A stretch of 6,641 nucleotides of DNA from assembly GCF_039383305.1 (NCBI RefSeq), contig NZ_CP135010.1, positions 1-6,641 of the forward strand, written 5' to 3'. This stretch comes from Candidatus Saccharimonadota bacterium (GTDB lineage Bacteria > Pseudomonadota > Gammaproteobacteria > Enterobacterales > Enterobacteriaceae). Under the pieces are notes generated by a model. It was not told the origin of the DNA. It did no database searches and saw nothing but the letters and a program-made list of their open reading frames with translations. Within the stretch, counting starts at the first letter, position 1; every line of letters begins with the position of its first letter. This document shows positions 5,377 to 6,641 of the stretch, piece by piece. The position numbers and the translations under genes were made by a program.

Positions 5377-6461
5377 TATAATATCTTCAATAAATTTTCA
5401 GAAATTTTAGTACCCATAGTACTTGTAGTCACAAAATTTAATCCATTAGAAAGATCTTGTGTAAAATATCCTTGTTTTAAAGTTAATAAAATAGCATTTT
5501 CAATAGCTAATGAAATATTTGTTAAATTAAAAGAATATTTAAATAACATTGCCAATGATAAGATTTGAGCAATTGGATTAGCTAAATTTTTATTTTGTAA
5601 TTCTGGAGCAGATCCACCAGCAGGTTCATATAATCCAAATTTTTTTTTATTCAAAGAAGCAGATGGTAACATACCTAAAGAACCAGTTAAAATAGCACAC
5701 TCGTCAGTTAAAATATCACCAAATAAATTAGGACATAAAATAACATCAAATTGAGAAGGATCTTTTATCAATTGTATAGCAGCATTATCTACATATAAAT
5801 GTGTTAATTGTACTTCAGGAAAATCTTTAGAAACTTTTGTAACCACTTCACGCCATAATATAGAACTTTCTAACACATTGGCTTTATCTATTGATACTAT
5901 TTTTTTTTTTCTTTTTAAAGCTTGTTTAAAAGCAAATTTAGAAATTTTTTTAATTTCATTTGTACTGTATATAGCAGTATCAAATGCGCTTATGTTTTCT
6001 GGATTTAAATTATTACGTCCTTTAGGAAGTCCAAAATAAATTCCTCCAATTAATTCACGTATAAATAAAATATCAAATCCATTTTTTATTATTTTTTCTT
6101 TTAAAGGAGATAGATTATTTAAATTTTTATATAATTTAGCAGGTCTAAGATTAATAAATAAATTAAAAAATTTTCTTAAAAATAAAAGAGAAGAAATTTC
6201 TGGTTTTTTTTCAGGTAATAAATAATTCCATTTAGGACCACCTACTGCTCCAAATAAAATTGCATCAGATTCTTGACAACCTTTTAAAGTATTTTTAGGT
6301 AATGCAGTATTATATTTATCTATAGCTTTTCCTCCAACATCAAATTCTTTAGTATATATTTTTATTTTTTTTTTTTTTTGTATAACAGAAAGAATTTTAT
6401 ATGCTTCTGTCATAATTTCTGGTCCAATACCGTCTCCAGGTAAAATTGCAATTTTATACAT
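5376..6461 (-). CDS. leuB: 3-isopropylmalate dehydrogenase, 361 aa
   Basis: Motifs [45 protein letters not shown] and [10 protein letters not shown] match LeuB. The stop TAA overlaps the leuC ATG by 1 nt (minus-sense TAATG at 5378-5374). Confidence 0.97.
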   Translation of the reverse strand: MYKIAILPGDGIGPEIMTEAYKILSVIQKKKKIKIYTKEFDVGGKAIDKYNTALPKNTLKGCQESDAILFGAVGGPKWNYLLPEKKPEISSLLFLRKFFNLFINLRPAKLYKNLNNLSPLKEKIIKNGFDILFIRELIGGIYFGLPKGRNNLNPENISAFDTAIYSTNEIKKISKFAFKQALKRKKKIVSIDKANVLESSILWREVVTKVSKDFPEVQLTHLYVDNAAIQLIKDPSQFDVILCPNLFGDILTDECAILTGSLGMLPSASLNKKKFGLYEPAGGSAPELQNKNLANPIAQILSLAMLFKYSFNLTNISLAIENAILLTLKQGYFTQDLSNGLNFVTTSTMGTKISENLLKIL

Positions 6462-6522
6462 ATTTTAAATACTCAATTAAAATAAATTTTTATGTTTTTA
6501 AAAAAAATTTTTAAGAATTTTT

Positions 6523-6528
6523 ATTATA
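6523..6528 (-). promoter_or_regulatory. Possible -10 hexamer (TATAAT, minus sense) for leuBCD. There is no recognisable -35. The upstream DNA is the A-rich (minus-sense) repeat array.
   Basis: A perfect hexamer lies 62 nt upstream of the leuB ATG. The -35 position reads AGAAAA. This is weak evidence in AT-rich DNA. Confidence 0.3.
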
Positions 6529-6549
6529 TACTATTTTTTTCTTTTTTTT

Positions 6550-6641
6550 CTTTTTCTTCTTTTTTATTTTTTCTTTTTCTTCTTTTTTATTTTTTCTTTT
6601 TCTTCTTTTTTATTTTTTCTTTTTCTTCTTTTTTATTTTTT
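6550..6641. repeat. 23-bp pyrimidine-rich tandem repeat, A-variant: CTTTTTCTTCTTTTTTATTTTTT, 4 perfect copies (6550-6572, 6573-6595, 6596-6618, 6619-6641), preceded by T7-C-T8 (6534-6549)
   Basis: Counted directly. The last unit ends exactly at the last base of the window. The unit differs from the array at 1-69 at a single position (A versus G at unit position 17). Confidence 0.95.

Overview
The window reads as a complete or nearly complete, circularly permuted leucine-biosynthesis plasmid. It resembles the pLeu type known from Buchnera aphidicola-like, extremely AT-rich insect endosymbionts. Five intact genes all lie on the minus strand: leuB-leuC-leuD (tightly packed, with a TAATG stop/start overlap), then a 285-bp spacer, leuA, a 321-bp spacer, and an IncFII-family repA. 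The window starts and ends inside one 23-bp pyrimidine-rich tandem array, and the junction is exactly in phase, which argues for a circle cut inside the array. The non-coding DNA is the interesting part. (1) Downstream of repA there is a composite repeat landscape: a 23-bp homopyrimidine array, GCAT(C/G)TATTT direct repeats, a T17/A14 inverted homopolymer pair, and ten perfect copies of GAGAAAAAAT, which is an A-tract phased at 10 bp. I read this region as the replication origin. (2) A structured element of about 65-80 bp with a GC-rich loop (GGYCCGCCC) occurs twice in direct orientation, bracketing leuA. Copy E1 sits in the repA leader, and its loop is complementary to a box next to the repA Shine-Dalgarno sequence. 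That layout recalls the pseudoknot/antisense-RNA control of IncI-alpha, IncB and IncFII-related replicons. Copy E2 has a near-consensus plus-strand promoter and a perfect 12-bp stem followed by T6, so it is a candidate ~70-nt small RNA on the otherwise gene-free strand. No search, folding or statistics could be run. All homology statements rest on reading the translations and on remembered reference sequences.
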